Below are positions 10,594 through 21,234 of a stretch of 64,000 nucleotides of DNA, piece after piece. Position 1 is the stretch's first letter. The number at the start of each line of letters is the position of its first letter. A model generated the notes under the pieces. That model saw only the letters and a list, made by a program, of their open reading frames with translations, was not told the DNA's origin and did not search any database. This DNA is from Saccharolobus solfataricus P2 (GTDB lineage: Archaea; Thermoproteota; Thermoprotei_A; Sulfolobales; Sulfolobaceae), in the NCBI RefSeq assembly GCF_000007005.1, contig NC_002754.1; one strand, 5' to 3'. Made by a program: the position numbers and the translations under genes.

Positions 10594-11581
10594 TCTTTTA
10601 TCAATATACACACCGTCAAAGAGTGAAGCAAACGCTACAAAATTCTTTGAGAAAATTTCCAAGGACTTAAACCTTAAACTTGAGATTCTACCAGACTCAA
10701 ATTCATTTATACTAGGAGAAGGAGATATACTGTTAGCGTCTCACGTAGATACTGTTTATGGGTATATTGAACCAAAGATAGAAAACGAACTAATCTATGG
10801 GAGAGGCGCAGTAGACGCCAAAGGTCCATTAATAAGTATGATAATAGCTACATGGCTACTTAATGAGAAAGGAATAAAAGTTAGGGTAAGCGGATTAGCA
10901 GATGAGGAAAGTACGAGTATAGGAGCTAAAGAACTTATAGCGAAAAATTACAATTTTAAATATATAATTGTGGGAGAACCATCGAATGCTACTGATATAG
11001 TAGTAGAGTACAGAGGATCAATACAACTAGATATAATGTGTGAAGGTACTCCGGAACACTCTTCGTCAGCTAAGAACAATCTGATCGTGGACATTTCTAA
11101 AAAGATAATTGAAGTTTATAAACAGCCTGAAAACTACGATAAACCATCAATAGTACCAACAATAATCCGTGCAGGAGAGTCTTATAATGTCACACCAGCA
11201 AAATTATATCTACATTTGGATATAAGATATGCAATAAATAATAAGAGAGAAGATTTAATCAAAGAGATCACCGACAAATTTCCAGAATGTAATCTTAAAA
11301 TAGTTGATGAAACGCCGCCAGTAAAAGTAAGTATAAATAATCCAGTAGTAAAGTCCTTAGCTAGGGCGTTATTAAAACAAAATATAAAGCCAAGACTGGT
11401 TAAAAAAGCAGGAACAAGTGACATGAATATATTGCAGAGGATAACAACAAATATAGCAACATATGGTCCTGGAAATTCTATGCTAGAACATACTACTCAA
11501 GAAAAAATTAGCTTGGATGAAATATATATAGGAGTAAAAACTTATATGTTGGCAATAGAAGAGCTATGGCAAAAGATCTAA
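10541..11581 (+). CDS. lysK: [LysW]-lysine/ornithine hydrolase (M20 family)
   Basis: [36 protein letters not shown] metal motifs. Confidence 0.93.
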
Positions 11582-12354
11582 CTAGAGGCCTTCTCTTTAA
11601 GCCTATTTATAAACTGTATGAGTTAGTATTATGGAATCAGATTCGTAATGGTCCATTGCCAGATCACGTGGGAATTATACCAGATGGAAATAGAAGATGG
11701 GCTAGAGATAATAATCTTTCGCTTAATGACGCCTATTTCTATGGTTATAAAAAATTGAAAGAGGTCTTAATATGGTTGCTAGAACTTGGTATAAAAAATA
11801 TAACAGTTTTTGTGCTATCTACAGAAAATTGTGACAAGAGAAAACAAAATGAGCTATCAATAATAACAACATATATTAAGAGAGGTATACAAGATTTACT
11901 AGAAGATCCCATCGTAGATAAGTATGAAGTTAAAGTAAGTGCAATAGGTAAACTAGATAAATTACCAAAAGATCTTATTGATTATCTAAACAGAGTAGTA
12001 GAGAAAACCTCAAACTATGATAAAAGAAAACTTACGTTAGCTATTTGCTATGGAGGTAGACAAGAAATATTAGATGCAGTCGTTAGACTTCTGGATGATT
12101 ATAGAAATGGAAAAATTGTCAAAAGTGAGATAAATGAAGAAACGTTTAGAAAATATTTTTATGATAGTGAATTACAAGATATTGATCTAGTAATTAGAAC
12201 TTCGGGTGAAGTGAGAATTAGTAACTTTTTACTTTGGCACGTGGCATACTCTGAGTTATTCTTCTGTGAGGCGTATTGGCCAGAATTTAGAAAAATCGAT
12301 CTATGGAGAGCAATAAGGTCGTTTCAAAAAAGAAAACGTAACTTTGGGGCCTAA
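11566..12354 (+). CDS. uppS: cis-prenyltransferase (polyprenyl/dolichyl diphosphate synthase)
   Basis: [37 protein letters not shown]. Confidence 0.95.
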
Positions 12355-12397
12355 GTTTTTTAATCCTTTATTACACACTTTTAAAGAGGCGTAAATT

Positions 12398-12799
12398 ATG
12401 GGATTTTACCAAGGTCCAGATAATAGGAAAATTACCGGTGGTTTAAAAGGAAAGCACAGAGATAAGAGAAAATATGAAATTGGAAATCCACCTACATTCA
12501 CAACACTATCAGCAGAAGATATAAGAATAAAAGATAGGACACTCGGTGGAAACTTTAAAGTTAGATTAAAATACACCACAACTGCAAATGTGTTAGACCC
12601 AGCTACAAATACTGCAAAAAAAGTTAAGATTCTTGAGATCTTAGAAACACCAGCAAACAAAGAATTGGCTAGAAGAGGAATAATAATAAGAGGAGCTAAA
12701 ATTAGGACTGAGGCAGGATTAGCTGTAGTTACGTCTAGACCAGGACAAGATGGAGTAATAAATGCGGTGCTCTTAAAGAATGAGTCTCAGAGATCTTAA
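12398..12799 (+). CDS. rps8e: 30S ribosomal protein S8e
   Basis: RKITGG, TRGGN-like TLGGN, VTSRPGQDGVINAVL. Confidence 0.97.
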   Translation: MGFYQGPDNRKITGGLKGKHRDKRKYEIGNPPTFTTLSAEDIRIKDRTLGGNFKVRLKYTTTANVLDPATNTAKKVKILEILETPANKELARRGIIIRGAKIRTEAGLAVVTSRPGQDGVINAVLLKNESQRS

Positions 12800-13088
12800 A
12801 GAAGAAAACAGAATAGTTATCTGGCCTTCATATTTTTTCTCACCAACTAGGTCTAAGGGAAGACGGCTGGCTAGGATACCGTATAAAATAAAAACCGAAG
12901 AATTAGTTTCAACACTTAGGGAACTTGGTCTAGATCCGATAGTTATAGAAAATAAAAAATATCCTAGAGATAGAAAGATTAATTTTTTGATAGCGGTAAA
13001 GAAAGTTAAAAGTAAAAATTACACGTTAAAAATAATACACAACGCACTTATGGGAACGAGACAAACTAATCCTAATAAAAGTAATTAA
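12780..13088 (+). CDS. srp19: signal recognition particle 19 kDa protein
   Basis: VIWPSYF..TRSKGRR, KKYPR; typical position after rps8e. Confidence 0.92.
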   Translation: MSLRDLKEENRIVIWPSYFFSPTRSKGRRLARIPYKIKTEELVSTLRELGLDPIVIENKKYPRDRKINFLIAVKKVKSKNYTLKIIHNALMGTRQTNPNKSN

Positions 13089-13127
13089 GAACATCAAGTT
13101 TAATAAAGGAATCCATTTCCATTACAT

Positions 13128-14063
13128 ATGTACATAGTTACAGGTGGTGCTGGTTACATAGGTGGACATCTAGTCGATTATTTAATTTCAAAAAATTTAG
13201 AAGTAATAGTTATTGATGATTTATCTTATGGCAAATACAGAAATGAGAAGGCTAAATTTGTAATGTTTGACTTACGTCAAAACATGGGAGAACTAGTAGA
13301 GAAACTAGAAAAAAATCCGATAATTTACCATTTAGCTGCAAATCCAGACGTAAGAACGTCTATGATAAATGTGGAGGAGCATTTCGAAAGGGATGTCAAA
13401 GTCACGTTAAATGTAATGGAACTAGCAAGGAGAGTAGATGCAGAAAAAGTAATCTTTACCTCATCATCTACTGTCTATGGAGAGACAAGTAAGATTCCAA
13501 CTCCAGAATCAGAAGAACTTAAGCCAATTTCCAATTACGGATTATTTAAACTATTATGTGAGAATATAGTAAAATATTACGCAGAGCAATATGGCATAAA
13601 AAGTATCAGCACAAGATTAGCAAACATAACTGGTGGCAGAGTAAGCCATGGAGTAGTAATTGACTTTATAAAAAAGCTTAAAGATAATCCAAATTTACTA
13701 GAGATCTTAGGAAATGGAAAACAAAGAAAAAGTTATCTGTATATCGATGATTTAATAGAGGCGTTCGTAATGTTAGAGAAAAAAGTAAACCGGATTTATG
13801 ACGTTTTTAACATAGGTAATAATGATTCAATTACTGTAGACGAGATTGCTAAGATTGTTATAGATGAAATGAAATTAAGTCCAAGAATCACTTATAAGAA
13901 TCCGACAGCTGATGGAAGAGGGTGGCCAGGAGACGTAAGATTAATGTTATTAGATATCTCAAAAATATCAAGGGAAGTAGGCTGGTCACCCAAAATGAGT
14001 TCCAGAGAAGTGATTAGACAAGCCGTAAAAGATTTGTTATATGGTTACAAGTCAGTCTATTGA
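13128..14063 (+). CDS. NAD-dependent epimerase/dehydratase (GalE-like)
   Basis: [24 protein letters not shown] (YxxxK), GDV. Confidence 0.9.
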   Translation: MYIVTGGAGYIGGHLVDYLISKNLEVIVIDDLSYGKYRNEKAKFVMFDLRQNMGELVEKLEKNPIIYHLAANPDVRTSMINVEEHFERDVKVTLNVMELARRVDAEKVIFTSSSTVYGETSKIPTPESEELKPISNYGLFKLLCENIVKYYAEQYGIKSISTRLANITGGRVSHGVVIDFIKKLKDNPNLLEILGNGKQRKSYLYIDDLIEAFVMLEKKVNRIYDVFNIGNNDSITVDEIAKIVIDEMKLSPRITYKNPTADGRGWPGDVRLMLLDISKISREVGWSPKMSSREVIRQAVKDLLYGYKSVY

Positions 14064-14350
14064 TAGATATGCTTCCTAATATCTCTCATCAATTTTAAGG
14101 AATATGTGAAAGTTATGTGAGAAGAAAATAAAAAATAAATTACTATAAATATTATTTTATGATCGAAAAGTAAGTAATATGCGGATAGTAAAAATAATTT
14201 TGAAAAATCAACATTATATTATGGTCATGGACATTATATGTATCTAATCCTCTTGACTATAAACTCAAACTCTGAACCTGTCAGGAAAAAGCCTTTAATG
14301 AGTGAACTGAGTGAGAATGTCTAACTAATTTTTTAAGGAAATTTGATGCG

Positions 14351-14445
14351 CGGGCCCGCCGGGATTCGAACCCGGGACTACGGGTATCTCCGCTTTTCTT
14401 ACATGGTTAAGAGCCCGTCGCTCTACCTGGCTAAGCTACGGGCCC
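14351..14445 (-). tRNA. tRNA-Lys (CTT) with 22-nt intron at 37/38 (intron 14386-14407)
   Basis: Reverse complement GGGCCCGTAGCTTAGCCAGGTAGAGCGACGGGCTCTTA[intron]ACCCGTAGTCCCGGGTTCGAATCCCGGCGGGCCCG folds as a cloverleaf once the intron is removed. Confidence 0.95.
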
Positions 14446-14496
14446 AACAATAAAAACTACTTTAAATAATATATAAAGTAAACGGTTTCTGACTAT

Positions 14497-15618
14497 TTAA
14501 TCTATGACTATACGTGTGTCACATAGACTTATTATATCCTTATCATGAGTAGCCAGAATTAAACCCCGTTTCTGTTCCTTTAGCATCTTTACCATTTCGT
14601 AAAACGAAAGTAACGCTTCTCCATCCATTCCTACACTAGGCTCGTCTAAGCCTATTACCCTAGAATCTGAAGAAAAAGCTGACGCTATCAAAATCCTCAT
14701 CTTTTGACCAAAACTTAGAGCATATGGACTTTTGTCTGCCAAATTTTCCAACTTAAATAAAGATAAAACACGTTTACTTCTTACAATCTCTCTTACGGTA
14801 AAATAAAAAAATTGTAAATCTACTTCTTGAAAAATCACGAAAATCTTCTTAGATAGTTTTCTGAGAATAGTAGTTTTACCGCTTCCGTTTCTGCCTAGTA
14901 AGCACAAAATTTCTCCTTCTCTTATTTTTATCGTAAAATTATCGATATTTACATTTAATATTTCATTACCTAATTCACTATTGATCTTGGGTAAACTAAA
15001 TCCTCTTAACCCTTCTTTCCTTAAGAACTCTATATCAAACAATTTCTCCTTTGATATCTCATTTATTTCTTTATTATTTCTAATCATATAAACCCTATCT
15101 ACTAATTTGCGTAATTCTTCAATTCGGTGTTCTGCAATTAAACTATTCTTAGGAACTATTGTACTAACAGACTTTACTCCTTTATCATCTAAGTTTGCGA
15201 ATGGTTCATCAAGTAGGATATATTCAGGGTTTGAAGCTAGAACCGAAGCAATAGCGTACCTCTTTTTATATCCATCGGACAACTTATTGAACTCAACTTC
15301 ATAGTAATGACCCATTAAATTTCTAGCTATTTTATCATCTACACTATGGAATCTTTTCATCAATTCGATTTCATCTTTTAGCGTAGAAGCCAATATTTGA
15401 GAAGAAACATCTTGTAAAACTGCCGAGATCTTTGAATAATCTTTCTCCTTACAGAAATCCAAGTCATCAACTGTAACGTTGGAAGTAGTCTGATCTAGGC
15501 ATAAGGCGGATAGTATTAATGTAGTTTTTCCGCTTCCATTTTTACCTACTAAACCTACTCTTTCTCCTTTCTCGATCTCTATCTTTCCGTTTAAATATTT
15601 AGGACTAATGATAAGCAT
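14497..15618 (-). CDS. ECF-type ABC ATPase with two fused NBDs (compact, 373 aa)
   Basis: Two Walker A ([18 protein letters not shown]), two signatures ([16 protein letters not shown]), two Walker B (LLDEP, GLDEP), H-loops AEH and ATH. Confidence 0.88.
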   Translation of the reverse strand: MLIISPKYLNGKIEIEKGERVGLVGKNGSGKTTLILSALCLDQTTSNVTVDDLDFCKEKDYSKISAVLQDVSSQILASTLKDEIELMKRFHSVDDKIARNLMGHYYEVEFNKLSDGYKKRYAIASVLASNPEYILLDEPFANLDDKGVKSVSTIVPKNSLIAEHRIEELRKLVDRVYMIRNNKEINEISKEKLFDIEFLRKEGLRGFSLPKINSELGNEILNVNIDNFTIKIREGEILCLLGRNGSGKTTILRKLSKKIFVIFQEVDLQFFYFTVREIVRSKRVLSLFKLENLADKSPYALSFGQKMRILIASAFSSDSRVIGLDEPSVGMDGEALLSFYEMVKMLKEQKRGLILATHDKDIISLCDTRIVID

Positions 15619-16172
15619 AACGTAACCACACCTATAAGTAGAAGTATTAAATCCCCACTTGAAGGTTTTAAATTTCTCTTGTAATTATATTTACCAAACA
15701 GCTTAACGGTATATGCAACATACAAGTTATCAGCAATTTTCACTGTTTCTACTATTATTGGAAGTAATAATCTGTTTAAATTTAATAAGTTTATATTTCT
15801 TATTCGTGCATAAAACACAACTTTCTGGATCATTTCATAAAATCTAGGATAATATGTAAGAGCAATTACGAGAGGAACCCCCTTTGAACCAAATAAGTCA
15901 ATTATTGAAGACTTATCAGTGTATTCACTTGAAATCAGAAAAACGTTGATAATTGAGAAAGCTCTAAGCGTATACTCATAAACAAAAATTTTACCAAGAA
16001 AACTCAATATAAGAAAAGATAGAATACCGATTAAAACTTCTATTACAATAATCCATATTCTTCTATATAGTATGGCTAATGTGACCAGAAATGGCACAAA
16101 AAAATTGAAAAATATACTATTAATATACATTATAACCGAAAAAAGTAGGATATAGAGAAATTTTACCTTCAT
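15591..16172 (-). CDS. ECF transmembrane T component (EcfT/CbiQ-like)
   Basis: Hydrophobic N-half, amphipathic coupling helices with YARIR; overlaps both neighbours. Confidence 0.72.
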   Translation of the reverse strand: MKVKFLYILLFSVIMYINSIFFNFFVPFLVTLAILYRRIWIIVIEVLIGILSFLILSFLGKIFVYEYTLRAFSIINVFLISSEYTDKSSIIDLFGSKGVPLVIALTYYPRFYEMIQKVVFYARIRNINLLNLNRLLLPIIVETVKIADNLYVAYTVKLFGKYNYKRNLKPSSGDLILLLIGVVTLCLSLVLNI

Positions 16173-16723
16173 TTAATAACCCCAGCTCTAATTAAATACG
16201 ATACGATATAGAACGATATCAAACCCATTAGTGCGCTTTCAGCAAACATTCCAACTGCTACTCCAGTCCAAATATATGCTGAAGTTATTACAGGTGCAGG
16301 GACTTTCACCATATATAGAGCAAGCAAAGTACTTAACACACCCTCTAGACCTCCTGCAATGGCGGTATACGTAATTACTGCTTTTAAAGACCTATAACCC
16401 ATAACTCTTGTTACACCTTCTACAATCAGTGCTATAATAATCAAAGGTATTGCGATAAACGGTAAGAAGCTAACTGCATATAAGCCAGCGCTAATTAATC
16501 CTATGAAAATAGGGCCCAGTTTTCTGTTAATGACTTGTATACCAATGGAAAGGAGTATTAGAGGAACAGTGAGATTCAGTATTGGATCAGCAAATATGTT
16601 TACAGCAAAAAGACCAGTAGATAATGCTAATCCCGCAGCAACAGCATAAGACGCTATTGAGAAAACTGCTGCGTAAATTACAGCCCTTCTGATTGAAATT
16701 TGACTTGAAGACTTATCGTTCAT
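16169..16723 (-). CDS. putative ECF substrate-binding S component (about 6 TM, 184 aa)
   Basis: Size, hydrophobicity and first position in an S-T-AA operon. Confidence 0.68.
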   Translation of the reverse strand: MNDKSSSQISIRRAVIYAAVFSIASYAVAAGLALSTGLFAVNIFADPILNLTVPLILLSIGIQVINRKLGPIFIGLISAGLYAVSFLPFIAIPLIIIALIVEGVTRVMGYRSLKAVITYTAIAGGLEGVLSTLLALYMVKVPAPVITSAYIWTGVAVGMFAESALMGLISFYIVSYLIRAGVIK

Positions 16724-16782
16724 ATTTTAAACTTCAGAATAAGACAAAATAAAATTAGCCTTAATTAATACTCTTCACTTAA

Positions 16783-18414
16783 TTAAATTCTTGAAAGTAT
16801 TACCGACTCGAAGTTAGGATCAATCTTTACATTTATGATTTTCTTATCGACAGATTTCAAAGCCTCTTCTAACTCAGTTAATGTATTAACAGTTACACCA
16901 CCTAAGGCTTTTTCTGCAATCTCATCAAAATTGGCATTGAAACTAGTCTGTGATCTAGCAATAGTAGGTAAATCAGAGTTAGAAACTTCAATGTAATTTG
17001 CGCCCCCATCATTTAATATAATTAACTTTCCTTTAATCTTATCCATCTTATATTTTAGTAATGATAAATGAGGTAATATTCCCTCTATATCAGTAATTCC
17101 ATATGCAACGTATTTAGAAGCTATAATACCACCTACCGCGATACCTCTCTCTAGTAAAGATTCTGCAGTATACCACGTCTTCTTAGCATTTATCGGTAAT
17201 CTAACTAAATCTATTGTTGTAGCCGAAATATCCACATAGACTTTCTCAAAGCCACCTATACTGCTTAGCATTTTCACCACATCTATAGGCCATATATCAT
17301 TATGAGATGTAATTGGGTATGCTTGACGTTGAGTTTTATAAATAATATCACTAGCCCCTCTATTTATCTTCTCCTTTATCTTAGCCTTTAATTGAGTTAA
17401 TAGTTCTCTTAAGAATAACCCGGTATCAGCTACTATTGGAACATGAGGCATGAAAACTTTGCCTATATCCTCACCATCAACATTGTTATGCACTAGGATG
17501 CCTTTATACTTTAATGACCAGCCAGCTGTACTTAACTGAGTAAACCTAGTGCCTAACGCTAGTATTACATCAGCATTCTCAATTAGATAGTTTGCGGCAC
17601 TAGTGCTAAAGGCACCTAATCCTTCTCCAGCAAATAATTTATGGTTAGATGGTATTGAACCTTTAGCCTTAAATGTAGTAACTACTGGTGAATCTATTAA
17701 TTCAGCCAGTTCGACTAACATGTCTTCTGCGTCGCTTAAAACTACTCCATATCCCGCAATTATAACTGGTAATTTAGCATTAGTTAAAAGTTCAGCTACT
17801 TTGGCTACACTATTCTTATCTGGAGTCCTCTTCTCTGGCTTTTGCCCCGCAGTGGATAACGGATAAGCTTTTGCCCTGAATAAGTCTTCAGATATTTCAA
17901 CATAAGAAGGTCTTGGTCTATTACTAACTGCTTCCTTATAGGCTTTCTCTATTGTAACAGTTATTTCTTCTATACTGATAACTCTTTCTTTAGTCTTAAT
18001 TATTGGAGATAAAATGTTTGATAAATCATCGATCGTTCTAAATTCACCAATTCTGGCCCTTCCTGTGTCTTTATGTGATCTTACGCTAGATATTATAAGA
18101 AGGGGAACTGACTCCATATAGGCTTGAGCTATAACATCTACTGCATCAGTTAACTTCGAGCCCGGTATCTGAATTATAGTCCCTACTGAATTATTTTCCA
18201 TTGCATAAGCATAAGCTAGCCAGCTTGCGTCTTTTACTGAAATAGAAAAATCAACTTCAATATTGTACTTCTTTAACATTTCCTTAACAATATTTGGTAG
18301 GGAGTAAGTTGTAAATACCTTAGTTAAGCCAATATCATTTAAAACGTATGCAAGGGCTTCTTCGCCTTTCATTTCTACGCCTACAGTCTCCTCTTTTCTT
18401 TTGGGCTGGCTCAT
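16783..18414 (-). CDS. acetolactate-synthase-like ThDP-fold protein with degenerate catalytic motifs
   Basis: AHAS three-domain layout (AYMESVPLL, RPRPSYVEISEDL, PVIIAGYG, ADVILALGTR). Start reset to ATG 18414 because the track extension lies inside tRNA-Cys. Confidence 0.85.
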   Translation of the reverse strand: MSQPKRKEETVGVEMKGEEALAYVLNDIGLTKVFTTYSLPNIVKEMLKKYNIEVDFSISVKDASWLAYAYAMENNSVGTIIQIPGSKLTDAVDVIAQAYMESVPLLIISSVRSHKDTGRARIGEFRTIDDLSNILSPIIKTKERVISIEEITVTIEKAYKEAVSNRPRPSYVEISEDLFRAKAYPLSTAGQKPEKRTPDKNSVAKVAELLTNAKLPVIIAGYGVVLSDAEDMLVELAELIDSPVVTTFKAKGSIPSNHKLFAGEGLGAFSTSAANYLIENADVILALGTRFTQLSTAGWSLKYKGILVHNNVDGEDIGKVFMPHVPIVADTGLFLRELLTQLKAKIKEKINRGASDIIYKTQRQAYPITSHNDIWPIDVVKMLSSIGGFEKVYVDISATTIDLVRLPINAKKTWYTAESLLERGIAVGGIIASKYVAYGITDIEGILPHLSLLKYKMDKIKGKLIILNDGGANYIEVSNSDLPTIARSQTSFNANFDEIAEKALGGVTVNTLTELEEALKSVDKKIINVKIDPNFESVILSRI

Positions 18415-18456
18415 ACTAACATTATAATTGGAACTACTTTTTAAATCTCTTCTAAA

Positions 18457-18570
18457 AGCCGGGGGCGGGATTCGAACCCGCGAAATAACGGGTGTCAACT
18501 AGTACCACTGCGGCCCCTAGCGCTACCGATGGGCTGGTAGTGCCGCCTTAGACCACTCGGCCACCCCGGC
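18457..18570 (-). tRNA. tRNA-Cys (GCA) with two introns: 25 nt at 28/29 (18517-18541) and 14 nt at 37/38 (18494-18507)
   Basis: Removing both inserts gives GCCGGGGTGGCCGAGTGGTCTAAGGCGGC/GGGCCGCAG/ACCCGTTATTTCGCGGGTTCGAATCCCGCCCCCGGCT, with a paired anticodon stem and the Cys discriminator U73. Confidence 0.9.
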
Positions 18571-18611
18571 AACAATAATAACTTATTAAAAACTACTTAA
18601 AAACTATATGG

Positions 18612-19181
18612 GTGCATATGTTGATACCTTTTAGCAAGGTAGGAGAAGTTCTTCATGAATTGCAAGATCTTACAAAATTCATAATAATTGGGGATACCAT
18701 AGTCGATATCACTCTAAAGAGAAAAGGAACTGAGAGCGATGTAGACTTATTTGCGCTTGATATAAGCGTACTAGTAGATGATGATAAAATTAGAAACTTT
18801 GCTTATGAGAGAGGATGGGACTATGGTAGAACGCCAATTGATACTCCAAGACTATTAGCTCCAATTGATGATGACCAGCTACAGATAGATTTATACGAAA
18901 ATATACAAGATTTCTTCGTTCCAAAAGAAATCCTAGAGAGTGCAATAAATATAAAAATAGGAGGTTATGAGTTTAAAAGTATAAGGTTAGAAGATTACAT
19001 TTTACTCAAAGCTAATGCTTTTAGAGAAGAAGATGAAGATGAACTAAAAACCTTATTGTATCTACTTGGAGAAGGTAAGATCAGCATCGATAAAGAGTAT
19101 TTAAAAGAACATATTCAAGCATTTGAGGAAAATAGTGAAAGTATAAAGGAACGTTTATCATCTATTGGAATAAAAATTTGA
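18612..19181 (+). CDS. Pol-beta-superfamily nucleotidyltransferase of unknown function (DUF2204-like)
   Basis: IIGDT...GTESDVDL (GS/DxD-type), third acidic QIDLYEN, helical C-terminus [14 protein letters not shown]; start GTG 18612 or ATG 18618. Confidence 0.7.
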   Translation: MHMLIPFSKVGEVLHELQDLTKFIIIGDTIVDITLKRKGTESDVDLFALDISVLVDDDKIRNFAYERGWDYGRTPIDTPRLLAPIDDDQLQIDLYENIQDFFVPKEILESAINIKIGGYEFKSIRLEDYILLKANAFREEDEDELKTLLYLLGEGKISIDKEYLKEHIQAFEENSESIKERLSSIGIKI

Positions 19182-19194
19182 TTAAGTAAAAAAT

Positions 19195-19365
19195 TTAGCC
19201 TTTCTTAGTTGGTAGTTCCTTCTTCTTCAATCTTAAGTTTGTACTATGGCATCGTCTACACTTGGTTGCTCTTATAGGATTAAGAGCCCCACATTTTCTG
19301 CAGACTTTTTTCAAAAATACCCTTTGCTGCACTATTTGCAATTTAGCGGGATCGGTTAGCGGCAT
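19195..19365 (-). CDS. rpl40e: 50S ribosomal protein L40e (56 aa; not in the ORF track)
   Basis: Hand translation [56 protein letters not shown]. Confidence 0.95.
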   Translation of the reverse strand: MPLTDPAKLQIVQQRVFLKKVCRKCGALNPIRATKCRRCHSTNLRLKKKELPTKKG

Positions 19366-19427
19366 TTATTTATCCCGGCTATAATTATTTTATCTCGCAT
19401 TCATAAGTATTGCGGTAAACGGAGTGA

Positions 19428-19940
19428 ATGAAGATGAAGATCCCCCTAGATTATGTTTGCGTTAGAAGTGGACTTCTCTGCAATAGATGTCAGTCTCTTA
19501 TAGATAGCGGTGAGGTATTTGAATATGAAGTTGAGATAATAAAAATATTATTAGATCTAGAGGAAACACAGTTTAAGGAGCTTAAGGATTCTACATATCA
19601 TAAAGCTTACAAAGTAGATGATCTACTAATATTATTAGTTACAAGTGGACAAGAGATGACTCAACAAAAATGGATTAAAATAGCAAGAATCTTACAAGAG
19701 AAATTAAACATAAAGGTTAGAGTCTTAGAAAAAACTAACAGTATAAAGAATAGTGCAGTCCAATTACTCTCACCAGCCAGAGTACTTGGCGTAAATACTG
19801 TATGGATGCCAGATGGTTCTGTGCAGTACGTAATTCGTGTATCTAGATCAGAAAGGAGATTGTTACCAGCTGAAGCACAACTTTTAGAGTCAGCACTAAC
19901 TAAAATACATTCAACACCGGTTAGAATAAGGGTAGAGTAA
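19428..19940 (+). CDS. nusA2: archaeal NusA paralogue with N-terminal Zn site (NusA2-type)
   Basis: [11 protein letters not shown] knuckle plus two KH-like halves ([13 protein letters not shown]); the nusA2 name is recalled. Confidence 0.75.
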
Positions 19941-19941
19941 G

Positions 19942-21231
19942 TTGTTTAGGACACATCTAGTCTCAGAATTAAATCCTAAATTAGATGGATCAGAAGTAAA
20001 GGTAGCAGGATGGGTTCATAATGTAAGGAATTTAGGTGGAAAGATATTTATTTTATTAAGAGACAAGAGTGGAATAGGACAAATAGTAGTTGAAAAAGGT
20101 AATAATGCATATGATAAAGTCATAAATATAGGATTGGAATCGACTATCGTTGTAAATGGTGTAGTTAAAGCTGATGCGAGAGCCCCTAATGGGGTTGAAG
20201 TACACGCAAAAGATATAGAAATACTGTCGTATGCAAGGTCTCCATTACCGTTAGATGTGACGGGCAAGGTTAAGGCTGATATAGATACTAGACTTAGGGA
20301 AAGATTACTAGATTTAAGAAGATTGGAGATGCAAGCAGTGTTAAAAATACAATCGGTAGCTGTGAAATCATTTAGGGAAACATTATATAAACATGGATTT
20401 GTAGAAGTCTTTACTCCAAAGATAATTGCTAGTGCAACGGAAGGAGGAGCCCAATTATTTCCAGTATTATACTTTGGAAAAGAGGCATTTTTAGCTCAGA
20501 GTCCGCAATTATACAAGGAATTATTAGCAGGTGCTATAGAAAGAGTATTTGAAATAGCTCCTGCATGGAGAGCAGAAGAGTCAGACACACCATATCATCT
20601 CTCAGAGTTCATTAGCATGGACGTAGAAATGGCCTTTGCCGATTACAACGATATAATGGCTTTAATAGAACAAATAATTTATAACATGATAAATGATGTA
20701 AAGAGAGAATGTGAAAATGAATTAAAGATATTGAATTATACTCCACCTAATGTTAGAATACCTATAAAGAAAGTCTCTTACTCAGATGCAATAGAGCTTC
20801 TGAAAAGTAAAGGTGTTAATATTAAATTTGGCGATGATATAGGAACGCCTGAACTGAGGGTATTATATAATGAATTAAAGGAAGATCTTTACTTCGTAAC
20901 TGATTGGCCTTGGCTAAGTAGACCATTTTATACAAAGCAGAAAAAAGATAATCCGCAGCTAAGCGAGAGCTTTGATTTAATTTTCAGATGGTTAGAGATT
21001 GTTTCTGGAAGTTCAAGAAATCACGTTAAAGAAGTCCTAGAGAACTCACTTAAAGTAAGAGGACTAAATCCAGAAAGTTTTGAATTCTTCCTAAAATGGT
21101 TTGACTATGGGATGCCACCACACGCCGGTTTTGGAATGGGATTAGCAAGAGTAATGTTAATGTTAACTGGTCTTCAGAGCGTGAAGGAAGTAGTACCATT
21201 CCCTAGAGATAAGAAGAGACTAACACCATAA
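19942..21231 (+). CDS. aspS: aspartyl-tRNA synthetase, non-discriminating type
   Basis: OB-fold GWVHNVR (His) and RAPNG (Pro) ND hallmarks; [29 protein letters not shown]; TTG start. Confidence 0.96.
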   Translation: MFRTHLVSELNPKLDGSEVKVAGWVHNVRNLGGKIFILLRDKSGIGQIVVEKGNNAYDKVINIGLESTIVVNGVVKADARAPNGVEVHAKDIEILSYARSPLPLDVTGKVKADIDTRLRERLLDLRRLEMQAVLKIQSVAVKSFRETLYKHGFVEVFTPKIIASATEGGAQLFPVLYFGKEAFLAQSPQLYKELLAGAIERVFEIAPAWRAEESDTPYHLSEFISMDVEMAFADYNDIMALIEQIIYNMINDVKRECENELKILNYTPPNVRIPIKKVSYSDAIELLKSKGVNIKFGDDIGTPELRVLYNELKEDLYFVTDWPWLSRPFYTKQKKDNPQLSESFDLIFRWLEIVSGSSRNHVKEVLENSLKVRGLNPESFEFFLKWFDYGMPPHAGFGMGLARVMLMLTGLQSVKEVVPFPRDKKRLTP

Positions 21232-21234
21232 AAG

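Noticed and set aside
14064-14350. Intergenic stretch with AATGAGTGAACTGA
   Set aside because: No proper box C/D spacing; only a 28-codon ORF; probably terminator/spacer DNA
14446-14480. Shared AACAATAA and AAAAACTACTT(T)AAA upstream of tRNA-Lys and tRNA-Cys (18571-18602)
   Set aside because: Explained by TATA/BRE promoter consensus in AT-rich DNA; too weak to call a new motif
18415-18498. N-terminal extension of the AHAS-like ORF (track start 18498)
   Set aside because: It lies inside tRNA-Cys; ATG 18414 fits the domain start
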